Source of the DNA: Pirellulales bacterium
Lineage (GTDB): Bacteria > Planctomycetota > Planctomycetia > Pirellulales > PALSA-1355
DNA: 64,000 nt
Direction of reading: 5' to 3'
Assembly: GCA_963733035.1 (NCBI GenBank)
Contig: CAVTBU010000006.1
Span: forward strand, 192,001 to 256,000
Below are positions 1 to 10,535 of this stretch, piece by piece. A program made the position numbers and the translations under genes. The notes under the pieces are model-generated. The model saw only the letters and a list, made by a program, of their open reading frames with translations. It was not told the DNA's origin and did no database searches. Each line of letters opens with the position of its first letter. Position 1 is the first letter of the stretch.

Positions 1-547
1 AGAAGCCGTGGGCCTGCACGGGCACGGTCGTTTCGCGCAGCGTTTCGCGCAGGCAGAATTCCAGCCGCCGCCAGCCGCCCAGACTTTGCTCGTCGCCAGT
101 GGCCAACAGCGCCACGTTACCGAGCGGCGGGAAACTCTCGACGTGCAAGTGGACCCGTACCAGCGGCAGGCTGAGCGCCTTGCCGGCCCACACCGCTTCG
201 GCGTCGATCCGGCGGGCCGCCTTGTCGAGGGCCAGGCGAAGTTCGTCCGCCGAGATGTTATAGGCGATCAGACGCGGCCGGCTGAGCATAATCAGCAGCG
301 TCAGGCACAGAATGTAAAACCCCAACAGCAACAGCCACACAAATTCGCCGAAACGCACCGCTGCTTCCTGCGGCATGAAGAGTTGCATTGGGCCGACCAC
401 GACCAGTCCCATCAGCGCCAGCCCCAGCGACAGGGATTCACGCGTGCCGCTGATGAGCAGCGGCCGGCGGGAGAGATTGATCGATCCCAGCAGTATCAGG
501 TAGATGGCCAGCGGACCGAATGCCAGGCAGGCCGAGAATGTATCCAT
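1..547 (-). CDS. Hypothetical membrane protein (runs off left edge)
   Basis: Read by hand from ATG at 547: MDTFSACLAFGPLAIYLILLG..., several hydrophobic segments; co-oriented directly downstream of the M28 gene; missing from the ORF track because it is truncated. Confidence 0.7.
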   Translation of the reverse strand, partial: MDTFSACLAFGPLAIYLILLGSINLSRRPLLISGTRESLSLGLALMGLVVVGPMQLFMPQEAAVRFGEFVWLLLLGFYILCLTLLIMLSRPRLIAYNISADELRLALDKAARRIDAEAVWAGKALSLPLVRVHLHVESFPPLGNVALLATGDEQSLGGWRRLEFCLRETLRETTVPVQAHGF

Positions 548-573
548 AAGGGCGCTCCCTCCGTCGCGGCGAA

Positions 574-1591
574 CTACTTCCGCGTGGCCCCCTTGAGCCA
601 TTCCTGAATAACCCAACCAACTTTGGCCAGCGTCAGTGCCGAGCAATTGCTCGGTACGTCCGCTTCGGTGTGCCAATAGGGATAGTTGAAGTCGATCAGA
701 TCGCAACAGGCGATGCCGCCAATGTCGTGCAACTTGATGTGGTCGTCCAGAATGTCGTAGCGGCGCTCGGTCGAGAACTCGCTGACGCCGAGGCGGCGGG
801 CGGTGCCCCAGATTTGCTGGACGAGGGGTCGCGTGTCGGGCCAACTGAGGCTGTGGCGATCCGGGTAGAGCTGCAGATCGGCATCTCCCACCAGATCGAG
901 CAGCACGCCCCAGCGGTACCGATGGTTTGGCTTTTGATTGGCATAGTCGGCAGCGAAGTACTCAGACCCGATAAAATACGGGTCCCCCTCCTGAAAGACG
1001 AACTCCTCCCCGTCAAAAAGAACGAAATCGACGCCCAGGTCGCCTGGCAACGCCGCCATTTGGTGTGCCAGCTCCATCAAGATTGCCGTGCCGCTGGCCC
1101 CGTCGTTGGCACCGACGAACGTGCCGCGCGGATTGCGGCGATCGCGGTCGGGATAGGGGCGCGTATCGTAGTGCGCAGAGGAGAATCCGCTCGCGGCGTT
1201 CGGGATGCCACTCGACGATCAGGTTGGCCATCGACACCGGCTCGCCCGTATGTGGATGCCTGACGCGAAACTCCTGGCGGCGGACGTTGGCTCCCAGCTT
1301 TTCGAAGTGATCGGTGAGGTGTTTTTGCTGTTCGCTCATCGCGGCCGAACCGCTGGGGCGCGGCCCCAGGGCGCACAACGACTGCAGGTATTGGTAGGCC
1401 CGCTCTCCGTTGAAGGGAATTTGCGAGAGCGTCAGCCGGCTCTTGATGGCAGCGGTGGGTGCCTCGGAACGGCCGTCATAGAACAGCACCACGTAGCCCA
1501 ACAGCAATATGCTGCCGGCAATCACCGCGCCCAGTAACAAGTTTTGGCCGCTGCGCTTGCTGGAAACGACATGGGCAGTGGTCGTGGTCAT
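574..1591 (-). CDS. M28 family peptidase / glutaminyl cyclase-like, split by frameshift near 1170
   Basis: ORFs 1013-1591 (N-terminal TM segment, LGPRPSGS) and 574-1080 (FDGEE, LLDLVGD, DDH, YWHT) join into one M28 protein. Confidence 0.85.
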
Positions 1592-1736
1592 GATCTTATT
1601 CTAGGCCGCCGGCGTCGACGGGCCTAGATCAACGCCCGGGCGAAGCGTTCTTGTGAGCTTGCGCCCCGAGCGATAGAATCGCGGCACTCGTCATTTTCAG
1701 AGAATTCTTGACGCCTTTCACCGCGATTTTGCCACC

Positions 1737-2339
1737 ATGATCAACGTCCAGGAAATCACCGAGTTGCAGGCTCAGACCGTCGCTTTGTGGCACACGCAGG
1801 AGGTGGCCAATCCATATACGGGATTGTTGCAATTGGTCTGCCAGCAACACGCTTACAACTACCTGTTGTGGCACGAGGAAGACATCGCTCGCAGCCCCGA
1901 CGTGGGAGACGTCCGAATCGCGCAGGTGAAGCGGGCCATCGACGGCTACAACCAGCAGCGCAACGACGGCATCGAGCGGCTGGATGCCCATTTCTTGCAG
2001 ATGCTCGCGGATCAGAAGATCGAGCCCCAGAGCGGAGCACGGCAGAATACCGAGACGCCGGGAAGCGCCATCGACCGGCTGTCGATTCTGTCGCTCCGGC
2101 GTTATCACATGCAGGAGCAAGCCGATCGCACCGACGCGAGTGACGAGCATCGTCAGAAGGCGCGTCAGCGGCTGACCGTGATCGACGAACAACATCGAGA
2201 TCTGTCGCGGTCGCTGTCCGAACTGTTGGAAGACATCTTTGCCGGGCGCAAGCGGCTGAAGGTTTACTTTCAATTCAAGATGTACAACGACCCGAGCATG
2301 AATCCCTATCTATATGCCAAAGGGGAGACGAAACCTTAG
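1737..2339 (+). CDS. DUF4254-like protein
   Basis: LWHEEDIARSP...KRAIDGYNQQRND...ETPGSAIDRLSI...QFKMYNDP pattern; next to an LPS glycosyltransferase. Confidence 0.75.
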   Translation: MINVQEITELQAQTVALWHTQEVANPYTGLLQLVCQQHAYNYLLWHEEDIARSPDVGDVRIAQVKRAIDGYNQQRNDGIERLDAHFLQMLADQKIEPQSGARQNTETPGSAIDRLSILSLRRYHMQEQADRTDASDEHRQKARQRLTVIDEQHRDLSRSLSELLEDIFAGRKRLKVYFQFKMYNDPSMNPYLYAKGETKP

Positions 2340-3397
2340 GCCGTCCGTCGGATTGCCGCCTGGCGGCCTAGAATCTGATCGCAGGCGGCGCAGCAGTCCT
2401 CGATCGAGATGGCTTCCATCGATTCGGGTCCGGCGCCGCGGCGCTCGCGGCTGGTGCCCGTCAGGCACATTTTTTGGACCGGAACGTGCAGCGGACCATA
2501 AGGTCCGTTGCGCTCGGCGGGCATGGGACCGAACATACCGACGCTCGGCGTGTCGACGGCCACGGCCAGGTGTAGCGGGCCCGTGTCCGAGCCGACGAAG
2601 AGCGACGCCCGGCGCGTGATGGCCGCCAGCTCGCGCAGCGAAGTCTTGGGAGCGAGAATTCCAAAGCCGGCCGAACCGGCCACGATTTCCTCGGCCCAGG
2701 CGTGTTCTTGGTTGCCGGCCCAGACGACGAGCGAACGCATCGCGTAGCGCTCGCCGAGGTAGCGAGCCACGGCTCCGTAGCGCTCGGCAGGCCAAACTTT
2801 TGAAGGCCAACCGGCCCCGGGATTGATGACGGCGAAACGCGGCTGCAGTTGGAGCGCGGCAATGACCTCCCGGGCCTTGGCCAGATCCGGCGGCGTGTCG
2901 TCGAGATCAAAGCGCACGCGAGGTTTCGAGATACCCAATGGCGCGAGCAGTTCCAGATTGCGGTCGACAACGTGTGTGCCGGCCGGCTCGACTAGTTTGT
3001 TGTTGAGTACGCGGCTCAATTCGCGTCCGTCGTGTCCGTCGTATCCGATGCGCAACGGAGCACCAGAAAGTCGGGCGGCCACGGCGCTCTTCGTGAGGCC
3101 CTGTAAGTCGATGGCGACGTCGAAGCGCAGCGTTCGCAGTTGCCGCCTGAGGCCGAGAACCGTGCGAGGAGATTTGAGCCACTTGCGCGGCACCGATATC
3201 AACTCGTCGAGCGCTCGGTGGTGTCGCAAGAGCTGCGCGGAAACGCCTTCAACGACCCAGCCAATGAAGGCTTGGGGGAGCGCTTCGCGGAGGGCGCATA
3301 GCACCGGCAGGCCGTGCAGCACGTCACCGATAGCACTCAAACGGACGATCAGAATTCGTGGATGCGGTTTTGGCGGCAAGGCGGATTGATGCGGCAC
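2336..3397 (-). CDS. GT9 lipopolysaccharide heptosyltransferase
   Basis: RILIVRLSAIGD, DLQGLTKS and DTGPLHLA motifs; start estimated at GTG 3397. Confidence 0.9.
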   Translation of the reverse strand: MPHQSALPPKPHPRILIVRLSAIGDVLHGLPVLCALREALPQAFIGWVVEGVSAQLLRHHRALDELISVPRKWLKSPRTVLGLRRQLRTLRFDVAIDLQGLTKSAVAARLSGAPLRIGYDGHDGRELSRVLNNKLVEPAGTHVVDRNLELLAPLGISKPRVRFDLDDTPPDLAKAREVIAALQLQPRFAVINPGAGWPSKVWPAERYGAVARYLGERYAMRSLVVWAGNQEHAWAEEIVAGSAGFGILAPKTSLRELAAITRRASLFVGSDTGPLHLAVAVDTPSVGMFGPMPAERNGPYGPLHVPVQKMCLTGTSRERRGAGPESMEAISIEDCCAACDQILGRQAAIRRTA

Positions 3398-3477
3398 GGT
3401 CGATCGACCCGAATGAGAAAGTGGACAAAACTGAGTTTGGGATCTTAGCGGCACCCTACCGCCGGCCCCAATAGCGA

Positions 3478-4281
3478 TTAGGCCCGCGGCAGCACGCTTC
3501 GGGCGGAGATCCAATCGACCAGTTTCGGCGCCAGCAACTGGCCCCAGCGAGCCCAGGCCGAGCGTTCGGAGGTCAGCACCAGCCGCTTGCGGCGCTGCAT
3601 GCCACGTACGATTTGCCGGGCGCATTTTTCGGCAGTGAGCAATTTTCGCTGGTCGAGTGGACTGCTATTGAGGGGCCGTCCTGCCGCGTCGACGGCGCGC
3701 TTGAGGATCTCCGACTGCACGAAGTCGGGTGCGATGATCGTGACGCCAACGCCACTCGTGGACAGTTCAATTCGTAGCGACTCGAAGAATCCGACGACAG
3801 CGTGCTTGCTAGCGGAGTAACCGCTAAGCATTGGCACGCCGATCAATCCGGAGATGCTGGCCATCGCCACGATCAGGCCCCTCGATTGCTTGAGGTGGGG
3901 CAGGGCTGCGTGCGTGCAGGCGACACCCCCCAGATAGTTGACCCGAATGAGTTGATCGATGACGCCGATGTCTGTCAGTTCATCAAACCGCGACCACATC
4001 GCGGCGCCGGCGTTATTAATCAGCACGTCGATGGCGCCGAACTTGTCGACGGCTGCCGCGACCATCGCCCCGCATTGCCGGGGATCGGTGACATCCGTCG
4101 GCACAACGTGCACTTGCGCTCCCCGCTGCCGGCAATTCACGGCCGCCTGTTCGAGCCGAGACGCATCTCGGGCGGCCAGCACCAGGCGCGGATTCTGTGG
4201 TGCAAGTTCCACGGCGAGCGCTCGACCAATGCCGCTCGACGCGCCCGTGATCACGATTACTCGGTCGGCAAACGCCGCCAT
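3478..4281 (-). CDS. Short-chain dehydrogenase/reductase
   Basis: TGASSGIG, NNAG and YSASK motifs. Confidence 0.92.
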   Translation of the reverse strand: MAAFADRVIVITGASSGIGRALAVELAPQNPRLVLAARDASRLEQAAVNCRQRGAQVHVVPTDVTDPRQCGAMVAAAVDKFGAIDVLINNAGAAMWSRFDELTDIGVIDQLIRVNYLGGVACTHAALPHLKQSRGLIVAMASISGLIGVPMLSGYSASKHAVVGFFESLRIELSTSGVGVTIIAPDFVQSEILKRAVDAAGRPLNSSPLDQRKLLTAEKCARQIVRGMQRRKRLVLTSERSAWARWGQLLAPKLVDWISARSVLPRA

Positions 4282-4317
4282 GCGCCGGTCATCCCTGAGA
4301 CGCCAAGTGTTTTGGTT

Positions 4318-6009
4318 CTAGACGCGCTTGCTTAGCTTTTCGGTGAGCCGCTCGAGCGACTGGCTGTGATCCGCCTTGTCGAGCACGACGTGGATCAGAC
4401 TGACATTGCTGGTGTCGGCCCAGGCCGACTTGAGGGCCTGATCGAATTCACCCTCGGTGCGAACCAGGTAGCCGCGTCCGCCGCCATAGACTTCCGGCAG
4501 CTTGTGATAAGCCCAGGGTTGAATTTCGTTGAATTCAAACTTCCCGGGATGCAGGAACCGCTCGGTGCCGTAGCCGCCGTTGTCGAGCACGATGACGATC
4601 GCGGGGAACTTGTGCCGCACTAGCGTGGAGAGTTCTGTGCCGGTCATTTGAAATGCGCCGTCTCCGACGAGTACCACGGTGCGCAAATCGGGTCGGGCCA
4701 TTTGCGAGCCCAATGCTGCCGGCACCGAAAAGCCCATCGAAGTGTAATAGGCGGGGCTGATGAACTCGGTCCGACCGCGAATCACCAACTCGCTGGCCGA
4801 GAACAGAGCGTCGCCGATGTCGGCAATCACGATCGTTTCGTCGTTCAACGTTTCGTTCAAGCGCGCGATCATCCGTGAAATGCGGATCGGTTCCTCCGCA
4901 TTGATAATGAACTTTTCAACGCGATGCGGCAGGTCTGGTAGCTTGCGCTGGGGCGGTTGTGGACGCCGCGCGGCCAGCTCGCGGATGAAGTCCGGCAGCA
5001 GCACGTTATGGAAGTGATGGTGCCGAATTCGCAATTGCTCGCTCGTGGCGTAAATGCATTTGCTTGGATCGAGATTGGCGGTGTAAATCCCCAGGTTAAT
5101 GTCGGTCATGAACGTGCCGAGCAATAGCACGCAATCGCTGTCCTCGATAAACTTCGTCACGGCGTCGTTGCCCATCGCCCCTTCGTACAGGCCGACGAAC
5201 AACGGGTGCGTCTCGGAAATGATGCTCTTGCCGAGCACGGTCGTCGTAATTGGAATCTGCGATCCCTCGGCCAGGGCGAGCAATTCGTCCTGGAGAGCGA
5301 AGCGATGGATCTCGACGCCGCCGACGATCGCCGCCCGCTGGCAACTGTTCAGCCACCGCTCGGCTTCGGAGACCGCCTCGGCCAGGGCCTCGGGGTCGCT
5401 CACCAGGTGTGTATCCTGGAACCGATGCGGCATCTCAGGCACCACGCCCACCATGTCGCGCGGAATTTCGATGTAGACCGGTCGCTTGTAGCGAGCCGCG
5501 GCATGCAATACGCGGTCAATTTCTTGAAACGCCGTCTGCGGGTCGGTCAGTTCCGTACCGGCAATGCACAGCTTTTCGAAGACGTCGTACTGCGTGCGAA
5601 AGTCGCGCACCCGGTGGTGCAATAGCGGATTGTTGTGCCGTTCTTTCAGGCCGGGCGAGCCGGTGATTACGACCACCGGAGATTTTTCGGCATAGGCACC
5701 GGCAACGCTGTTGCACAGGCTCAACCCGCCCACGCAGTACGTAACACAAAGTGCACCCATACCATGAACGCGGGCATAGGCATCGGCGGCGAAGCCTGCA
5801 CAGTCCTCGCGCGTCGTTGTCACGACCTCGAGTGGGCTGCGATCGAGCATTGAATAGAACTGCAGAACATAATCTCCCGGAATGCCAAACACATGGCCGA
5901 TGCCATAGTCCTGAAGGCGGCGAATCAGGTAGTCGCCAATCGACAGACCCGTGACAGCCGCCGGAGGCGCCGGACGCAAGGGACGGACGGCAGTGATTTC
6001 TGTTGCCAT
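4318..6009 (-). CDS. ThDP-dependent alpha-keto acid (indolepyruvate/pyruvate) decarboxylase
   Basis: FGIPGDY, AADAYAR and the GDGAFQMT...N ThDP motif; start estimated at MATEIT. Confidence 0.9.
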   Translation of the reverse strand: MATEITAVRPLRPAPPAAVTGLSIGDYLIRRLQDYGIGHVFGIPGDYVLQFYSMLDRSPLEVVTTTREDCAGFAADAYARVHGMGALCVTYCVGGLSLCNSVAGAYAEKSPVVVITGSPGLKERHNNPLLHHRVRDFRTQYDVFEKLCIAGTELTDPQTAFQEIDRVLHAAARYKRPVYIEIPRDMVGVVPEMPHRFQDTHLVSDPEALAEAVSEAERWLNSCQRAAIVGGVEIHRFALQDELLALAEGSQIPITTTVLGKSIISETHPLFVGLYEGAMGNDAVTKFIEDSDCVLLLGTFMTDINLGIYTANLDPSKCIYATSEQLRIRHHHFHNVLLPDFIRELAARRPQPPQRKLPDLPHRVEKFIINAEEPIRISRMIARLNETLNDETIVIADIGDALFSASELVIRGRTEFISPAYYTSMGFSVPAALGSQMARPDLRTVVLVGDGAFQMTGTELSTLVRHKFPAIVIVLDNGGYGTERFLHPGKFEFNEIQPWAYHKLPEVYGGGRGYLVRTEGEFDQALKSAWADTSNVSLIHVVLDKADHSQSLERLTEKLSKRV

Positions 6010-6360
6010 GACACTCTTCCTCTGTTGCTCTAGGCGAGTTGGCACGCGGTGATGGGGAGTTGGCACGTCGTCGTCGGCTGCACTATGAACCAACGGCGGC
6101 GCGGCGAATTATCCACAAATCAAGGATATGGAACAATTCGGATCTACGGTTTCTTCTACGTAATGAAATCCGCGAGGGGTCGCACGTCGATTGCGAATCA
6201 CGTGAGCGCAAGACCTGTTGCAGACGCGTGTTCGAGCGGGTCGTGCCGCGCGAAATTCGAGCGTTGGAACGCCTCGTCTCGAGCGTCTACCCTGCCACGA
6301 CAGTTGGCGGTTGTGACTTACCGAGCGGTCGGCGCAACAAACGCCCGTGAAAACGACTCT

Positions 6361-6570
6361 TTAGGAACGCCGGTTCGGTTTTTGCGATCGCAAGAGCAGG
6401 GCCCAGAAGCCCAAAAAGATGCCGACGCAGACCAGGACGATCAGGGCACCGAGGGGATTCAGTCCATACCAAAGCACGCCGCCGGCAATATAGAGCCCCC
6501 ATAGCAGCAACCCCGCGAAGATCAGGGTCAGGATCGTTCGTGGCGACATCGGCTGACGAGTGTCGGTCAT
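6361..6570 (-). CDS. Small two-TM hypothetical protein
   Basis: Two hydrophobic helices and a basic tail; GGAGG upstream. Confidence 0.55.
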   Translation of the reverse strand: MTDTRQPMSPRTILTLIFAGLLLWGLYIAGGVLWYGLNPLGALIVLVCVGIFLGFWALLLRSQKPNRRS

Positions 6571-6806
6571 GGTAACGCGGGCCGCAGGAGGGTGATGAGA
6601 TTCAGGCCACAAACGACCCGACTGTTACAACCATAGCTTTTTGCCCCGCCGAAACAAGGGCCGAGAAAGTACCCGAAATCAGGCGTCCGTCCGGAGAATT
6701 CGCACCAACCGGTATTCGCGGATGTCCCTGGTGATAGAATGCAAAATCGCCTCGTCGGCGTTCACTTTGGACGTCGCTTTGCCCGCACTTCAATTCGCGT
6801 CCTACC

Positions 6807-8833
6807 ATGTCCATCCGCAAGGGAAATTCGAAGCCGATGCCGCCCGTTCTCGGGCGAACCGGGGAGGGCGGTTTGCCGGTGGTGGAAGTGCGCCCGCGTC
6901 CCACGCCGCCGTTGCCAATGAGCCGCGCCGAAATGGACGAGCGCGGCTGGGACGAAGTGGACGTGGTGTTCGTGACCGGGGATGCGTATGTCGATCACCC
7001 GAGTTTTGCGATGGCACTGTTGGGGCGGTTGCTCGAAAGTGAGGGCTTTCGGGTGGCAATTCTGAGCCAGCCCGACTGGCGCAATTGCCAGGCTTGGCGG
7101 ACGTTTGGTCGGCCGCGGCTGTTCTTTGCCGTCAGTGCCGGCAACATGGACTCGATGATCAACCACTACACAGCGAATCGCAAGGTGCGCAACGACGACG
7201 CCTATAGTCCCGACGGCGCGATCGGTCGCCGCCCGGATCGGGCCACGCTCGCCTATTGCCAGCGTTCGCGAGAGGCGTACCCTGGTGTGCCCGTGGTGGC
7301 AGGCGGCGTGGAGGCCAGCTTGCGGCGGATCGCGCACTACGACTACTGGAGCGACAAGGTCCGTCGTTCGATTCTGCTCGATTGCAAGGCCGACCTACTG
7401 GTGTTCGGCATGGGGGAGCGGGGGATCCTCGAAATTGCGCGGCGGCTGCGCGACGGCCAAACCGTGCGCGATTTGCGCGACATGCGCGGTGTGGCGTATC
7501 GACTAGGCGCAAGGAAACTCCACCTACGGAAAAGACTCTCGAGCTTCCCAGCTACGAGCAGGTGTCGAGCGACAGGTGGGCTTTCGCCGAGATGACGAAG
7601 ATCGCTCACAATGAAACGAATCCCCATAACGCCAGGCGGCTTGCGCAGTATCACGACCGTGAATGCGTGGTGACCAATCCGCCGGCCTTGCCCCTTTCGC
7701 AAGCGGAGATGGACCGCGTCTATGGGTTGCCCTTTACGCGCAAGCCTCACCCCAGCTACGGCAAGCGTCGGATTCCGGCCTACGAGGTGGTGAGGGATTC
7801 GGTGCAGATCATGCGGGGATGTTTCGGCGGCTGCACCTTCTGTTCGATCACGGCACACGAGGGCCGCATCATCCAAAGCCGCAGCCAGGCATCGATTTTG
7901 GGTGAGATCCGCCAGATGGCGGCCGACCCGCAGTTCAAGGGTGTCGTCAGCGACATTGGTGGGCCGACGGCCAACATGTATGAGATGCGTTGCACGCGAC
8001 CCGACGTGGAGGCCAAATGCCGCCGGCTGAGTTGCGTGCATCCGACGATATGCAAACTGCTCGGTACCGATCATGGGCCGCTCGTACAGCTGATGAAGGC
8101 GGCCCGTCAGGAGCCGGGTGTCAAAAAAGTGCTGGTGGCTTCGGGCATCCGCATGGATCTCGCGCGGCGAAGCCCCGAGTACATGCGCGAACTGGCCGAG
8201 CATCACGTGGGAGGACATTTAAAGGTCGCTCCCGAGCATACCGATGCCAACGTGTTGGCGCTGATGAAAAAACCGGCGACCGAGGACTTCGAGAAATTTG
8301 ACCACGAGTTCAAGCAGGCATCGCGACGGGCTGGAAAGACACAGTTTCTGGTTCCGTATTTCATCGCCAGTCATCCGGGCAGCACGCTTGATTCGATGAT
8401 CGAACTGGCCTTGTTCCTCAAAAGGAACCACTATGAGCCGGACCAGGTGCAGGATTTTATTCCCAGCCCGTTCGACATCGCGGCCTGCATGTACTACGCG
8501 GGGCTCGATCCTTTCTCAAAGAAACCGGTCTATATCGCTCGGCATTTGCGCGACCGGAAGTTGCAGCGGGCTCTGATGCAGTTCTTCAAGCCGGAGAACT
8601 ACTTTGAGGTTCGCCGCGCCTTGGAGCAGGCCGGGCGGCAAGATTTGATCGGCAGCGGCTGCGACTGTTTGATTCCCGAGCGGCCACCCTCGGCCGCGCT
8701 CGACCGGCGGCGAAACCGGGCCAATCGGCAGCTTCGCGAACAAACCAGCGGCGATCACATTCGTGGTGGTCCGGCGGCTGGCTATCGGCCGAAGCGGAAG
8801 ACGGCCGCCAAGCGCAATCGTCGTCGCGACTAA
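6807..8833 (+). CDS. ygiQ: YgiQ/UPF0313 radical SAM protein, frameshift near 7510
   Basis: [10 protein letters not shown] and [11 protein letters not shown] in the first [11 protein letters not shown] and [10 protein letters not shown] in the second. Confidence 0.9.
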
Positions 8834-8858
8834 CTTTGCCGTCATCCCATCGCATTCC

Positions 8859-9714
8859 ATGTTTTCCAGCGACGCCTACGAATTGCTCGATTTCGGCAAC
8901 GGCCGCAAACTCGAGCGTTTCGGCACGTATGTTCTCGATCGTCCGTCGCCGGCGGCCGAGGGACTCGAACGACGACGGCCGGAACTTTGGAGCGCAGCGG
9001 CCGCGCGTTTCCAACGCATCGACGGAGGCGCAGGTTCGTGGGCTTGTCGCGGTTCATTGGCAGCCCCCTGGACGGTGCGGTTTGGCGGAGTCACCCTCGA
9101 GCTTAAGCTCACGGACTTCGGACATCTCGGCATTTTTCCCGAACAGGCTGAGAATTGGGAGTGGATTGCGGAGCAGGTTCGGCAGGCTGGCCGACCCAAG
9201 GTGCTTAACTTGTTTGCCTACACGGGAGCCAGCTCACTGGTTGCGGCGGCGGCTGGGGCCGAAGTAGTGCACGTGGACGCGGCCGCGAATGTCGTCGCTT
9301 GGGCGCGGCGCAATGCCGAGGCGTCGGGTCTGGCCGACGCACCGGTTCGCTGGATCGTCGAAGACGCGACGAAATTCGTCCGTCGAGAGCTTAGACGCAA
9401 GCAGACCTACGATGCCGTGTTGTTGGATCCGCCTGCCTATGGTCACGGCCCCGGCAGTCAGCACTGGAAATTGGACGAGCATTTGGAAGGATTGTTGGCC
9501 ATGTGTTTCGAGTTGTGCCGGGAGCGACGACAATTCATGCTGTTCTCGTGTCACACGGGCGATTTGGCCACGGCCAAGGGCCTGTTGCGGTTCGTTCGAA
9601 GGCAGCATGGTTCTGAAGACGGATGGGTCTCGCGCCAGTGACATGGAACTGGTCACCGCGGCCGGTGACCGGCTGCACGCGGGCGCGGCGGTGCGATGGA
9701 GTCACGACGCGTAA
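8859..9714 (+). CDS. Class I SAM-dependent (RlmI/RlmK-like) RNA methyltransferase, frameshift near 9630
   Basis: YELLDFGNGRKLERFG, VLNLFAYTG and LLDPP motifs; C-terminus continues in ORF 9289-9714. Confidence 0.8.
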
Positions 9715-9731
9715 AACGTCATGGCGGCTTT

Positions 9732-10535
9732 ATGGCGGATCAAACCATTACGAGTTTGCAGAACCCGCGGGTCAAAGAGGCCATTCGCTTGCGCTCTGCG
9801 CGGCATCGTAAGAAGCAGCAGCGATTCCTGATCGACGGCGCAAGGGAACTCTTGCGGGCCATCACGGCTGGTATGCCGCTCTGTGAAGCGTTCATTTGTG
9901 AATCGCTGTGCGCGTCGCCCGACAGTCGTCAGGCGGTGCAACTCTTGCATCAGGGGCGAACCGAGTGTTGGCACGTCAGCGCGGAGGTATTCGCCAAGCT
10001 GTCGTTTGGCGAGCGGCAGGAAGGGGTGCTGGCAATCGCTCACACGCCGAGGCAAGAGTTAGCGACACTTGAAACGAGGGGTTCGGGGCCGATCATCGTG
10101 ATCGAAGGGGTCGAGAAGCCCGGCAACGTCGGGGCAATTTTACGTAGCTCCGATGCGGCGGGAGTTTCGGCCGTGATCGTGGCGGAACCGGCGACGGACC
10201 TACTTAACCCCAATTGTATTCGGGCCAGTTTGGGGGCTGTGTTTACGGTGCCGACTTGTACGACAACCTCCGTGGCGGCGCTTGATTGGTTGCGGCAACG
10301 CGGGGCGAAGATGTTCGCCGCCCGGGTGGATGGTCGAGTAAATTATACCGACTCGGACCTGAGGGGGAGGTGTGCGATCATCTTGGGAAGCGAAGCAGAA
10401 GGACTGTCGACGGTTTGGCAGGCCGCGGACGTGACGGCGATTCACCTGCCGATGTATGGGGTGGTCGACAGTCTAAACGTTGCTGCCGCGGCGAGCGTGT
10501 TGTTATACGAGGCACTTCGACAGCGAGCGGACTAA
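9732..10535 (+). CDS. TrmH/SpoU family RNA methyltransferase
   Basis: EKPGNVGAILRS, LGSEAEGL and DSLNVA SPOUT motifs. Confidence 0.9.
   Translation: MADQTITSLQNPRVKEAIRLRSARHRKKQQRFLIDGARELLRAITAGMPLCEAFICESLCASPDSRQAVQLLHQGRTECWHVSAEVFAKLSFGERQEGVLAIAHTPRQELATLETRGSGPIIVIEGVEKPGNVGAILRSSDAAGVSAVIVAEPATDLLNPNCIRASLGAVFTVPTCTTTSVAALDWLRQRGAKMFAARVDGRVNYTDSDLRGRCAIILGSEAEGLSTVWQAADVTAIHLPMYGVVDSLNVAAAASVLLYEALRQRAD

Noticed and set aside
8..607. 199-aa plus-strand ORF
   Set aside because: Shadow of a minus-strand membrane protein gene starting at 547.
7500..7520. Programmed ribosomal frameshift in ygiQ and other split genes
   Set aside because: No consistent slippery site or stimulatory structure; the frequency across unrelated genes points to sequencing error.
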